DNA of 64,000 bases from Candidatus Woesearchaeota archaeon (GCA_964467035.1 CAYXNX010000001.1:51373-115372), one strand, 5' to 3'; counted from the stretch's first letter, positions 9,971 through 19,961 are shown. Numbers and translations are program-made. The notes: generated by a model not told the origin, from the sequence alone.

Positions 9971-11431
9971 TTAACGCTCTTTTTGTTTTAGTTTATTTAA
10001 TTTATTGAATCCCTCCAATAATTCTTTTATTTCTTTCTGAGCCTCTTCAATGATGGCTTTGCTTTCTCTATAATTAACTTCTTTCTCTTTCTCTTTCCGA
10101 TATCTATTAATTGATAAATCCCATCCTTTTTCTTTTATTTCTTCAAAAGGAACAAAGAAATGTTTTTCAAATCTGTCCTCGTTGCATTCATTGAATCTTT
10201 TTTTAAATCTCTCTAAAACATCAGGAATATCATTCTTTTCTATAGGATTTCTTTTATCATCTAAACTAAATCCATCATTTTCCATTTTGTAAAACCAAAC
10301 TTTTTCTGTAGGTTCTCCTTTTGTGAAGAATAAAACTGCAGTTGAAACTCCTGCATATGGCTTAAATACTCCCGAAGGCATAGATATAACTGCATCTAAT
10401 CGACACTCTTCTAATAACAGCTTTTTAACTGACTTATGAGCATTAGAATTACCAAATAAAACGCCTTCTGGAACAATTACAGCACATCTTCCACCAATAT
10501 TCAGAGAATTATACATAAGCTGTAAAAAAAGCAACTCTGTTTTGCTTGTGCTTATTGTTAAATCATCAGATTTCTCGCTTTGATTTATAGATCCCTTAAA
10601 TGGAGGATTTGCTAAAATTAAATCATAAATTCCTTTTTCATCATATCTTTTTGATAGAGTATCTTCTCCAATTATATTTGGATTAGTAATTCCGTGCATC
10701 ATTAAATTCATAACTGCAATTCTAACCATTGTTCTATCAATATCATAACCATAAAGGGATTCTTCATCCAATATTTTCTTTTTCTGATAAGTTAAGGTGC
10801 TAATACCATTTTTTTTATTTGTTTTTAATATGTGTTCATAAGCATTGACTAAAAATCCAGCAGTTCCACAGGCAGGATCTAAAATTCTATCACCAAATTC
10901 TGGTTTTGAGAGTTCAACCATCATCTTAATTATGTGTCTTGGAGTTCTAAATTGTCCATTCTTACCAGCAGTTGTTAATTCAGACAAAAGATATTCATAA
11001 ATATCTCCTTGTGTATCTTGGTTTTGTTCTTTTATATGTAAATCGTTGATAATATTAACTGCCTCAATTAAAAGCGAAGCAGTTGGTAATGAAAATGTAG
11101 CATCTTTCATATAATTATTATAATGTGAATTATTTCCTCCAAGGGTTCTCATAAAAAGAAATACTCTATCTCGAACATGAGGCAATATTTTGTCAGCAGG
11201 GTATTCACTCCAAACAGACCACTTACAATCTTCATTTCCCTCAAAAATAGATTTGTGTTTAATTCCCTTTAATCTTGCGTTTTGCTCTTCCCAAATGTCT
11301 CTGTCTTCAAGCTTTTTCATAAAAATTAAGTAGGATATTTGCTCAATTGCCTGAAGAGGATTACTAATTCCTCCGCTCCAAAATTTATCCCATAATTTTC
11401 TTATTTTTGATTTAAGTTCTGTGTGTAACAT
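9971..11431 (-). CDS. hsdM: Type I R-M methyltransferase subunit
   Basis: GQFRTPRH, DPACGTAGFL, NPPF, FKPYAGV. Confidence 0.95.
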   Translation of the reverse strand: MLHTELKSKIRKLWDKFWSGGISNPLQAIEQISYLIFMKKLEDRDIWEEQNARLKGIKHKSIFEGNEDCKWSVWSEYPADKILPHVRDRVFLFMRTLGGNNSHYNNYMKDATFSLPTASLLIEAVNIINDLHIKEQNQDTQGDIYEYLLSELTTAGKNGQFRTPRHIIKMMVELSKPEFGDRILDPACGTAGFLVNAYEHILKTNKKNGISTLTYQKKKILDEESLYGYDIDRTMVRIAVMNLMMHGITNPNIIGEDTLSKRYDEKGIYDLILANPPFKGSINQSEKSDDLTISTSKTELLFLQLMYNSLNIGGRCAVIVPEGVLFGNSNAHKSVKKLLLEECRLDAVISMPSGVFKPYAGVSTAVLFFTKGEPTEKVWFYKMENDGFSLDDKRNPIEKNDIPDVLERFKKRFNECNEDRFEKHFFVPFEEIKEKGWDLSINRYRKEKEKEVNYRESKAIIEEAQKEIKELLEGFNKLNKLKQKER

Positions 11432-11433
11432 GT

Positions 11434-12591
11434 TTATTGTGTTTCCTCTTTGTTTAAATCAGAGAGTGGAACCTTAAATACCTTTATAATACTTTTACAT
11501 TCATCTATGAGTTGTTGATAATTTTTTACTTGGATATTATGTAAATATTGGTTAAAAAGTTCAATAAAATCTTGCGGTTCTTTTCCGACTATTACCAAAC
11601 CAAACTGAATTCTATTACCTTCTTTTTTAGATTCCATGTAATGTATTAATTGAGAGATTGCTCTCCCAACTTGTGCTCCTATTGCATCTCTTTTTCTTTG
11701 TTTTACAATTGTTTTTGAAGAAGGAAGTTTCAACTCTATAAATATGTCCTTTCCTCTTTGAGATTTAAAACGGGAAACCCAAAGATCAATGTACCCTTTC
11801 TTATCTTTTCCAAATTTAACTTCAACCTCTTTTTCTAAATTAAATTGGCTAATATTTTGATATTTAAAATCAATAATCCAAATATTATTTTTAAGTTCAT
11901 CTCTTAATTCATCTTCAGAAATCTTCGGATTATTAACTTTTTCTTCAAATTCTTTTAATTTTTCTTCATAATAGGGAATATTCGTATGCAATTGGTTATG
12001 ATAATAATTCATAAACCCTGTAAATATTCTTGATGCTGTTTGTGGATCATTTTGTGGCAAATTCTCCATTATATCGTCAGGAGAAATATATTTTTTATTT
12101 TCTTTTTTAGTGTGTTTTAAATCTATCCAATCATTTATTATGTCTTCTTCTTCAGATGTGAGATCCTTAACAAGAAATAATCTTATTCGTTTATATTTAT
12201 CTGAAAAAGTTTGGATAAATTTCCTAAATCTTAATATATTAACTATTAAAATTTTTTTCCCATTTGAGAGAGTTTTATATTTAAAATTCCTGCTTATAGT
12301 TCGTGATACAATTAAATAATCAATTTCTTCTGAAACTAAATCAAATAAAGGAGTATGTGGGCCAATAATACTTGGGCCTGCTTTATTGGGCGTAAAATCG
12401 CATAAGACACTTCCAAAAGTTGTTTTACTTGTCCAATAAGGCTTAACAAAAATATTTAATTCATTTGCTATCATTCTGATAGTGGATTTAAGATATTTCT
12501 CACATCTTTGTTTAATATATTTGAGTGCAGTGGTATTGGAATACATCTTTTCAAGATCTCCTTTACGTATCCTTTGAAAATAATAACCCAT
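11434..12591 (-). CDS. Shedu/DUF4263-like PD-(D/E)xK nuclease with an unrecognised N-terminal domain
   Basis: C-terminal E..LR..L..N.WI, YIDL, IELKLP, AISQLIHY, GLVIVGK, IQVKNY pattern. Confidence 0.65.
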   Translation of the reverse strand: MGYYFQRIRKGDLEKMYSNTTALKYIKQRCEKYLKSTIRMIANELNIFVKPYWTSKTTFGSVLCDFTPNKAGPSIIGPHTPLFDLVSEEIDYLIVSRTISRNFKYKTLSNGKKILIVNILRFRKFIQTFSDKYKRIRLFLVKDLTSEEEDIINDWIDLKHTKKENKKYISPDDIMENLPQNDPQTASRIFTGFMNYYHNQLHTNIPYYEEKLKEFEEKVNNPKISEDELRDELKNNIWIIDFKYQNISQFNLEKEVEVKFGKDKKGYIDLWVSRFKSQRGKDIFIELKLPSSKTIVKQRKRDAIGAQVGRAISQLIHYMESKKEGNRIQFGLVIVGKEPQDFIELFNQYLHNIQVKNYQQLIDECKSIIKVFKVPLSDLNKEETQ

Positions 12592-12592
12592 C

Positions 12593-13717
12593 TTACAATT
12601 CCCCCCTAAATGCTTTACTAATAAGAGAATTAAATAATTCTTCAGAATTTTGTTTAGTTTTGTTTATTTGTTCTTTCATTTTTTCAACTTGTTTAACAAT
12701 AAAGGCAAATTTTTGTTGGAGAGGAAGGGGGGCATCTATAAAATTAATTCTGTAAACATCATTCCTGTTTAAGCCAGGTATTGCCGTAGAACTATTTAGT
12801 TTTAAGTTATAAAATTTTAATAAATAATACAAATATGCAAGGTCCATTTTCTTTAAGGGTTTTACATAATAAGTTGTATCAATAGCCCAAAAATTTTCTT
12901 TAGAATAATTAACCTCTCCTATTGACCCCTTTCTTCCTATGATTATTCCAGGACCTTCAATTAAAAATTTTGAATGTTTTCCCACAATTCCGTTAGACCC
13001 ATAAACAGGATATTTTCCCCCATCTCTTTGTTTTTCAGATAAACCTTTTCCATATGTTAATTCAAATAATTCTTTTCCTGTTTTTTCTTCAAACTCCTTA
13101 TTATAAAACATTTCATAAAAAACACTTTTCAAATATTCATCAAGTAATTCCTCTGCTTTTTCGCTTTTGTTAGTTAATTCCTCTGCTTTTTCTAAAAGTT
13201 TGACAATTCTTTCTTGTTCTTGCAAGTCTGGTTTGCCGTTGGAGAAAGGAATAGGTATTTTTATTGATTCAAATCTCCCTTTAGTTATGTGTTTCATAGT
13301 TGAGCCATGACTTTCTTTTAAGAAAAGATGAATAGTTTTTTTAACAAAATAATAAAGATATTTTTTATAAATAGATTCTTTTTTTGGAACAACCTTAAAG
13401 ATATGCTGATTTAACCAACCCTCTTCTTTATCCCATAAAAACGCATCTAATGTTGCAGACCATGAAATTAACAAGTCGCCTTTCTTAACAAGATATTTTT
13501 TATCAAAAGTTTTAGTTGTATAATTTGGATTAGTGATTGATCCAGTTAAATCCTGAATTCTAATTATTAATTTTCCTTTTGATTCCCATTCAAAAGGTTT
13601 GAATGCCCTACCATTTACAAATTGAGCTACATCTTTAAGTTCCAGTTCTTTCCATTCAGTTTTATTTTTTTGTATTTGTTGTTTCATTTTCTTTTTTCTT
13701 TTTCTGTTGAAATTCAT
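12593..13717 (-). CDS. hsdS: Type I R-M specificity subunit (true start may be the downstream ATG, MKQQIQ)
   Basis: Two TRDs; GSTMKHI, IPIP..EQERIV, PLPLQQKF, SLISKAFRGEL. Confidence 0.93.
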   Translation of the reverse strand: MNFNRKRKKKMKQQIQKNKTEWKELELKDVAQFVNGRAFKPFEWESKGKLIIRIQDLTGSITNPNYTTKTFDKKYLVKKGDLLISWSATLDAFLWDKEEGWLNQHIFKVVPKKESIYKKYLYYFVKKTIHLFLKESHGSTMKHITKGRFESIKIPIPFSNGKPDLQEQERIVKLLEKAEELTNKSEKAEELLDEYLKSVFYEMFYNKEFEEKTGKELFELTYGKGLSEKQRDGGKYPVYGSNGIVGKHSKFLIEGPGIIIGRKGSIGEVNYSKENFWAIDTTYYVKPLKKMDLAYLYYLLKFYNLKLNSSTAIPGLNRNDVYRINFIDAPLPLQQKFAFIVKQVEKMKEQINKTKQNSEELFNSLISKAFRGEL

Positions 13718-14852
13718 AATTTCTTGTAGTTATATTTTCTATTATTTTAACAAGTTCAATGATTAACCTTTTCGCTCTTTCTTTGTCTATGTCGGTTTTT
13801 ACAATACTTCTTAATGCAGGAAGTTTTTCTGCAGTTGTGTAAGTGGGCTTAGGTTTTTCTTTTCCAGTTAAATCTACCAAATAAACAGGAACAACTACTT
13901 CAGAAATTATTTTGTGCCAATTAGAATGAATATAATTATTTCTTATAAATTCTCTTAATTGGTGTAAATACTTTTTTTCCTCTCCAGAAATATATTTCTC
14001 TACACAACAATCATTAATTAAATCAGACAATTCTCCTTCATAATGATTTCTTTTTTTATAATACCATATTTCTTTTAAAAAAGATTCAATAAAAATAGAT
14101 AACATACAAACAGAGGCATTAAAATTTCCAAACCAATAATTACTTATAGTTTCATAGTATAATGATTTATTTTCTGGTTCAAGATGAATTTTAGTTTCTA
14201 ATAGAGGTAATTCTCTAATTCTCTCTAAAATTTCTTCTTTTTTATTAAGAAAAGATTTGTAAATTTCCTCAGCCTCCTCCTTTTTTAAAAAATATTCTTC
14301 ATTCTTTATTTTTCTTTTGTTGAAATGTTCAGACCTATCCATTAGTTCATTTAATTCGTTAATTGCTTCGTCTATATGTTTTATAGCATCCGAATCTTCT
14401 TCATATCCTTCCTTTAACATTTTTTCTTTTTTGTACAAAAATCTATCTCTTTGAAAAATAAGATTTGTGTATGAAACAAATTTAGAAGGGTTTTCTACTG
14501 CATCTAAATTAAAATTATTTTCTAAATCTTGGAAATACTTAGCAAATTTGTAAATATTATTATTCTCATCTTTAAACGATTGAAATAATCTTGAATTGCC
14601 TCTATGTTCCGAAAACTCCTTACGGCTAATAATTTTTTTGTCATATAAAAAATCCAATAATGTTTGAATATCGCATTCATTTTTTATTTCTCTTGCGAGA
14701 TAATGATAGAGATTACTTTTATTATTAACAAAAAGTTTATCAAAACTCCCTTTTATTTCTTTTTTTAAATCTTCAAACTCTTTTTTAAGTTTTTCAAATT
14801 GAAATGTTATTTTTTCTGGTTCTGAAAATTTATCTTTATTCTTCTTGTCCAT
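13662..14852 (-). CDS. Protein with a C-terminal HEPN/DUF4145-like domain
   Basis: NASVCMLSIFIESFL...LSDLI...LREFIRNNYIH (R-x4-H motif). Confidence 0.6.
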   Translation of the reverse strand: MDKKNKDKFSEPEKITFQFEKLKKEFEDLKKEIKGSFDKLFVNNKSNLYHYLAREIKNECDIQTLLDFLYDKKIISRKEFSEHRGNSRLFQSFKDENNNIYKFAKYFQDLENNFNLDAVENPSKFVSYTNLIFQRDRFLYKKEKMLKEGYEEDSDAIKHIDEAINELNELMDRSEHFNKRKIKNEEYFLKKEEAEEIYKSFLNKKEEILERIRELPLLETKIHLEPENKSLYYETISNYWFGNFNASVCMLSIFIESFLKEIWYYKKRNHYEGELSDLINDCCVEKYISGEEKKYLHQLREFIRNNYIHSNWHKIISEVVVPVYLVDLTGKEKPKPTYTTAEKLPALRSIVKTDIDKERAKRLIIELVKIIENITTRNYEFQQKKKKENETTNTKK

Positions 14853-14853
14853 T

Positions 14854-15081
14854 TTAATTCTCTTTTCCTAAATTCAATATTTTAAATAAAATTCCGTATA
14901 TTCCTGAAATTTCTGCTATAAAAAAACACAGGATAAGCAAAGGATGTAACCAGCCATAGCCAGAAAGGGTTGGTATACCTTCTAAAGACTCTCTCAAAAT
15001 TTGAGTAAAAGAAAATGATAGATTTATTATTAATGCTAATATGCTACTTATTAAAATTTCAATTTGCGTTTTTTGTTCCAT
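14854..15081 (-). CDS. Small two-TM membrane protein
   Basis: Two hydrophobic stretches; start overlaps the upstream stop. Confidence 0.6.
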   Translation of the reverse strand: MEQKTQIEILISSILALIINLSFSFTQILRESLEGIPTLSGYGWLHPLLILCFFIAEISGIYGILFKILNLGKEN

Positions 15082-15716
15082 TATTGTGGTCTCCCATGAA
15101 TTTTTTCTTTAACTACTTCATCAAAAAATTTATCCACTCCAAAAGTTGATATCTTTTTATTTGTAATGAATGCTTTTGTTGAATCTTTAGAAATATAATC
15201 TACTAATGATTTTCCTGTATTATGAGTACAATGCAACAAAGCAATAAAATCTTTCTTTGGAGATTTTTCAAATTCGCAGTAATAAGCCATTTCTTTATTA
15301 TTCAACTTTATCCCGTGTCTATTTCCATGACCAATTAAATATATTACCCTTGCTTTAGGATTATTAATTATTTTTTTAAGATTTGCTCTATCAGTATTAA
15401 AATATATCTTATATGCCCAATTTTTCTTCCTAAAAAATTTAACTAATTTTTTCAAATTTTGTCTATAAATTAGTAATTTTTCAGGCATGTAATCATTACA
15501 TAAGATTATTGCAATATGATTTTTATTAGAATTTAATTCAAAATTTTTATGTAAATAATACCATTGTGGTAAGATGAATATAGAAAATGCAGGAACAAAT
15601 AAATAATTAATAATAAAAGTTCCAATTTTAAGATAAAGCCATGCAATCCCCATGTAAATAAAAAAGGCTAAAACAATTAAATGCAAATTAGTCAAAATCC
15701 AAGATAGCAAACTCAT
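15081..15716 (-). CDS. Membrane-anchored putative caspase/CHAT-fold peptidase
   Basis: N-terminal TMs; VIYLIGHG and FIALLHC strands give a His-Gly/Cys dyad spacing like clan CD peptidases. Confidence 0.5.
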   Translation of the reverse strand: MSLLSWILTNLHLIVLAFFIYMGIAWLYLKIGTFIINYLFVPAFSIFILPQWYYLHKNFELNSNKNHIAIILCNDYMPEKLLIYRQNLKKLVKFFRKKNWAYKIYFNTDRANLKKIINNPKARVIYLIGHGNRHGIKLNNKEMAYYCEFEKSPKKDFIALLHCTHNTGKSLVDYISKDSTKAFITNKKISTFGVDKFFDEVVKEKIHGRPQ

Positions 15717-15886
15717 TCTTCATCCTCCAAATCAATCTCTTTTCTTACCATTTCTCTCAGTTTCTCATTTATAGACTTCTCCTCTTTTTCACAGAGTTTT
15801 TTTAACAGAAGAAATTCACTTTTATACAATCTTGTAGAAACAATCTTCCTCTCTTCCCCGCTTAAAGGATTATCTTTTATTACCAT
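15713..15886 (-). CDS. Small RHH/CopG-like regulator (57 aa, not in ORF track)
   Basis: Hand translation MVIKDNPLSGEERKIVSTRLYKSEFLLLKKLCEKEEKSINEKLREMVRKEIDLEDEE; ATGA-coupled to the next gene; TATA box upstream. Confidence 0.65.
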   Translation of the reverse strand: MVIKDNPLSGEERKIVSTRLYKSEFLLLKKLCEKEEKSINEKLREMVRKEIDLEDEE

Positions 15887-15947
15887 TAAAGATGTCAGAT
15901 AATTAGAGTATTTAAATCTTTTCTAAAAACCTGTATACACCTTTTGA

Positions 15948-16304
15948 CTAGTTATATTCCAAAATTTCTTTCTTTGGCTCCTTATGTCCAAGGCTAAGAG
16001 TTAAAGGAATTGATATATTTGCTTCTTTTCCTGCTTTTTTGAAAGTAACTATCAATAACACATAAACATGGTTTGTTTTATAATTAATTGACATTTTAAT
16101 GCTTTTAATTGATTTTAAAGTGTTCTTGTCTATGCCTAAATTTTCACTTGCATCCATTATCTCAATACCACATATAAAGTTATTGCGGTTTACGTCAAGA
16201 ACAAAATCCCCAATATCTATGGATACCCTTGCCTTTTCCCCATTATTTATAAAGAATATATCATTCTCAAAATCATAATCTATTGTTTTAATCTCTCTTG
16301 CCAT
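15948..16304 (-). CDS. DUF2283-family antitoxin-like protein
   Basis: IDYDFENDIFFI, DFVLD, GIEIMDAS. Confidence 0.75.
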   Translation of the reverse strand: MAREIKTIDYDFENDIFFINNGEKARVSIDIGDFVLDVNRNNFICGIEIMDASENLGIDKNTLKSIKSIKMSINYKTNHVYVLLIVTFKKAGKEANISIPLTLSLGHKEPKKEILEYN

Positions 16305-16588
16305 TTTCTATCACTATTCCAAGCACTTATAACTTTTAAATCTTTTGAAACAACGATTTCAATTATCAATACTAAAGAGTATTTTCTACTCATTTTAAAC
16401 CAAAGTTTAAATCTATCTTCTGTTTTTCCTTTTTCAATCTTTTCCAATTTATTTATTTGTGATAAAAAACTTCTCACCATGCTTTCGCTTATAGGTCTTT
16501 CACCCATTTTTTTGTAAAAATGAGGGTCAAAACTTACATTGTTTTGATTAAGATTTTCAAGGAATTTTTTAACTTCTTTCATTTCCAT
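16280..16588 (-). CDS. DUF4258/BrnT-like putative toxin
   Basis: F.PHF.K.M.ER.IS, KVISAW; overlaps the DUF2283 partner. Confidence 0.6.
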   Translation of the reverse strand: MEMKEVKKFLENLNQNNVSFDPHFYKKMGERPISESMVRSFLSQINKLEKIEKGKTEDRFKLWFKMSRKYSLVLIIEIVVSKDLKVISAWNSDRKWQERLKQ

Positions 16589-19329
16589 TTTAACCCATTA
16601 CATTTTTGAACTATTTTTTCAAGCTGTTTTTTAGTGAAAGAATCCAGAGGTCTTGCATCTGCAAGAGGATGCTCAGCAAGATTTTTTAATTCAATATGCT
16701 TTGCTCTTACAAAAACTTGTTCTAATAATCTTAAAAATTTCAATTGCTGAGAATTATAATGTTCATTTTTATCCATAACAAATTTATCAAATTCCCATTT
16801 AATCATCTCTTGAGGATCTGGCAATCCCTTTATATCTAATAATTCTCTTAAAAAAGAAATAAAATCTTTAGTCTGTTGAATATTCTCAATAGTCAAAGAA
16901 GGATTTAATTCTCTAAGTTTCTTTTCTATTCGGATAATCTCTTTTGGTGTAACTCCCTCGCCATTTTTTATTTTTTGCATAAGAGGATCGCTGTTAATAA
17001 AATAACTAAAATCTTCATCTTCTTTAACCTGCATCATTTCTTTTTCAACTTTAACTACTATATCTGGAGCATCTATTTTTAACATTTTCTTTCTTTCTTT
17101 TTCATAAAAAATCATGAGAGGGGCAATATCTCTAACTAAAAAATCAACATCTTCAAAAGTAATCTCTTCCCAGAATTGTTCTTTTTGGATTCTAATCAGA
17201 TCATCTTTTTTCTGTCTTACAGCATCAAGATTCTTATCCCAAATCGCTTCTGCCCTTTCAACTACATACTCCTGAACTTTTGCTATTTTATCATTATTCT
17301 CTGTTTTGATATAATCAAACAATTTAACACATTGGGAAATAAAACTATACACTTTTGTGTTCTCAGAAGGAGAATAAATTAACAAAGGGGCTATCTCATC
17401 TTTCAATTCTTTTATATGTTCTTTTAAATCAAATTTAGATGAAATAACTTTTTTAATAATCCCTTTCTTTTCTACCACCATAGGAGATTCTATGTCTATT
17501 TTTTTAACAGTATCTTTTATTTGCTTTTCAAGTATTCTTTTCTCTTTTTCATTAAGATTTTTTTCTAGAGTATCAACTTGTTCTAAGAATATTCTTGTTT
17601 TTGCATCTAAAGTTGGGGTTTTATGATTTAAATCTTGTAATTTGTGAACAAGTATATTTGAGTAGTCTCCAAATTTAAAATCAAGAATTAAAAAATTGTC
17701 TTTTATGTGTTGACCTTCATTATTTGTCGGAAGCCATTCTTTGTTTTCACATGCTGAGAAATTTCTGGTTCCTCTACCCAACATCTGCCAAAATCGTATA
17801 GAAGACATAACAGGTTTCACGAAAACTAAATTCATTACTTCAGGAATATCCACTCCTGTATCTAAAACACCGACAGATAAAGCAATTCTTGGACTATCTC
17901 TTTTTCCAAATCTTTTAACTTCGTCCATATAGCGTGCCCTGTCTGAAGTAATTACTTTAATTTCTTTTGCTAATGTAGGATAAAGTTTCTGGAAAAGAGC
18001 TTCTATAGATTCAGCGTGTTTAATGCTCGCACAAAAGAAAATGCTTTTACAAGGTCTTTTATCATCTGATTTATAACACCTTTCCATAAACTCTCTAATT
18101 ATTAACTCATTTGTCCTTTTATCTGTAAATAATCTTTCAAATTTAGAACCTGGAGTTTGGAAGCGTTCAGGATCTTCTTCCTGGACTTTTAACTTTTGTT
18201 GCAATTCCTTACTTAATGTTTTACCCTCTATTCCTAAAGAAAGGATTTTTGTTTCAATAATCTCTGAAACATATGGTGCTAAAACGCCATCTCTCACTGC
18301 AGAAAGATAATCATACTTATATGTTGGTTTTTTATTTTCACAACCAAATAATTCATAAGTGTTCCTCGAATCTTCAAAAGAAGGCGTGGCAGTAAGACCA
18401 ATTTTTATAGCATCAAAATACTTAAAGATATCATTATTTTTATCATAATAAGATCTATGTGCTTCATCAAAGATTATTAAGTCAAATGCTCCAGGACCAA
18501 ATTTCTCATAAAATTTTCCTCTTGGTTTTTGAGGAGACATCAGTGTTTGAACTGTAGAAACATAAAATCTTGCACTATCTGAGAAACCCTCTATGTTTAA
18601 CTCACAAACTGGAGTTTCAGGAAAGAATTTTTTAAAGCCTTTTTCTTTTGCTTGATTAGATAAAGAAATTCTATCAACTACAAATAAAACTTTTTGAACA
18701 TTTTCTGTTTTTACTAAACAATCAATTAAAGCCATAGCAACCCTTGTTTTTCCTGTTCCAGTAGCCATATTAATAAGAGCCCTTTTATGGCCTTGAAAAA
18801 TATGCTCTAAAATTACCTTAACAGCTTCAACCGCCCTTTTCCTGTCAAGGATATCTGATCTAATCTTAGAATTAACAGGATTTTTTCTTTTTTTCATCAA
18901 ACTAACAATTCTATGCAAATCTTTTTGTGAAAAAGGTAATGTGATTTTTCTTCTCCTGTCTAAATCATCTACATAATACCAACTTGTTCCATTTGTGAGA
19001 AAAATAGGGATTTTTATTTTGATTTGCTTTTCAATATCATTTCTATAAGTTCTTGCTTGGATTTCTCCTTTTTCAACGCTAACAGATGTTTTTTTTGCTT
19101 CAATAATTGCCAAAGGTGTTCTATCCTCATCTAATAATAAATAATCTATAAATCTATCAATTCCTTTTTCTATCCCTAATCCAATACCAAAATATTCCTT
19201 AGTTTGAAAATTAGATTTAACAGGATTTATTTCTTCTTTTACATAATGTCCTTTAACTTTCCATCCTGCTCTTTCTAAAATAGGATCAATTAATTTTTTT
19301 CTTGTTTCTTTCTCAGATATTTTATCCAT
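16579..19329 (-). CDS. hsdR: Type I R-M restriction subunit (EcoEI-like)
   Basis: SEKETRKKLIDP, IDY..AIIEAKK, MATGTGKT, DEAHRS, GLTATP, FWQMLGRGTR. Confidence 0.95.
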   Translation of the reverse strand: MDKISEKETRKKLIDPILERAGWKVKGHYVKEEINPVKSNFQTKEYFGIGLGIEKGIDRFIDYLLLDEDRTPLAIIEAKKTSVSVEKGEIQARTYRNDIEKQIKIKIPIFLTNGTSWYYVDDLDRRRKITLPFSQKDLHRIVSLMKKRKNPVNSKIRSDILDRKRAVEAVKVILEHIFQGHKRALINMATGTGKTRVAMALIDCLVKTENVQKVLFVVDRISLSNQAKEKGFKKFFPETPVCELNIEGFSDSARFYVSTVQTLMSPQKPRGKFYEKFGPGAFDLIIFDEAHRSYYDKNNDIFKYFDAIKIGLTATPSFEDSRNTYELFGCENKKPTYKYDYLSAVRDGVLAPYVSEIIETKILSLGIEGKTLSKELQQKLKVQEEDPERFQTPGSKFERLFTDKRTNELIIREFMERCYKSDDKRPCKSIFFCASIKHAESIEALFQKLYPTLAKEIKVITSDRARYMDEVKRFGKRDSPRIALSVGVLDTGVDIPEVMNLVFVKPVMSSIRFWQMLGRGTRNFSACENKEWLPTNNEGQHIKDNFLILDFKFGDYSNILVHKLQDLNHKTPTLDAKTRIFLEQVDTLEKNLNEKEKRILEKQIKDTVKKIDIESPMVVEKKGIIKKVISSKFDLKEHIKELKDEIAPLLIYSPSENTKVYSFISQCVKLFDYIKTENNDKIAKVQEYVVERAEAIWDKNLDAVRQKKDDLIRIQKEQFWEEITFEDVDFLVRDIAPLMIFYEKERKKMLKIDAPDIVVKVEKEMMQVKEDEDFSYFINSDPLMQKIKNGEGVTPKEIIRIEKKLRELNPSLTIENIQQTKDFISFLRELLDIKGLPDPQEMIKWEFDKFVMDKNEHYNSQQLKFLRLLEQVFVRAKHIELKNLAEHPLADARPLDSFTKKQLEKIVQKCNGLKWK

Positions 19330-19370
19330 ATTATTTGAAGAGAATCATGATATAAAAACTTATTTCTAAT

Positions 19371-19736
19371 TTATTTTACCCTAAATGCAGACTCAAGAAT
19401 CATTTTCCCAGAATCAGATATAATATATAGCTTTCCTTTTTTAGATTTTGGATTCAAACACTTTTTTGTTTCAGCAGACCATTCTTTTTGTTCAATCTCT
19501 GCAACAACTCTTCTTAAATCTTCTTTTGTTGCTTTTTCAAAGGGCTTATTTAGAATTAAAGCAAAAGTTCGAATATCTAACATATATCTTCCAATTTTAG
19601 CGACGCCAATTCCTTCACTTAAAAGATAATCTCTGAATTTAATACACGATTGTTTATTCTTAGCAGAAATTTTGTTATTTGACTTAATAAGCTCAACATT
19701 TCTTTCAAGCTGTCTTTTGTAGTTATGTATATCCAT
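19371..19736 (-). pseudogene. Truncated tyrosine integrase (N-terminal domain only) fused to a winged-helix tail
   Basis: ISAKNK..I.KF.DYL..EG......Y...KPFEKAT..DL matches the N-terminus of archaeal integrases; no catalytic domain; adjacent to tRNA att. Confidence 0.7.
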
Positions 19737-19799
19737 TACTCATTTAACGTCCCAAGGGAGTAATAAAGGACATTGATGAGCGTTATCAAAATTTCAAAG

Positions 19800-19871
19800 C
19801 GCCCCGACCGGGAATCGAACCCGGGACTCAACCGCGACAGGGTTGTATTATAACCACTTAACTACCAGGGC
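19800..19871 (-). tRNA. tRNA-Asp(GUC)
   Basis: Reverse complement folds as a cloverleaf: GCCCTGG/TCGGGGC acceptor, CAACC-CT-GTC-GC-GGTTG anticodon arm, GGTTCGATTCC T arm. Confidence 0.95.
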
Positions 19872-19961
19872 AACTTAAACAATTTGGGTTTATTTGTTTT
19901 TAAATCTTACTAGTCAATATAAAAATAAAAATAAAAAGAAAAAAATTTGAAGAGAAGTTAT

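Larger units (their letters stand above)
9936..19810. mobile_element. tRNA-Asp-integrated defence island (immobilised integrative element)
   Basis: Bounded by 19-bp att repeats; truncated integrase next to the tRNA; type I R-M and other defence genes. Confidence 0.85.
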
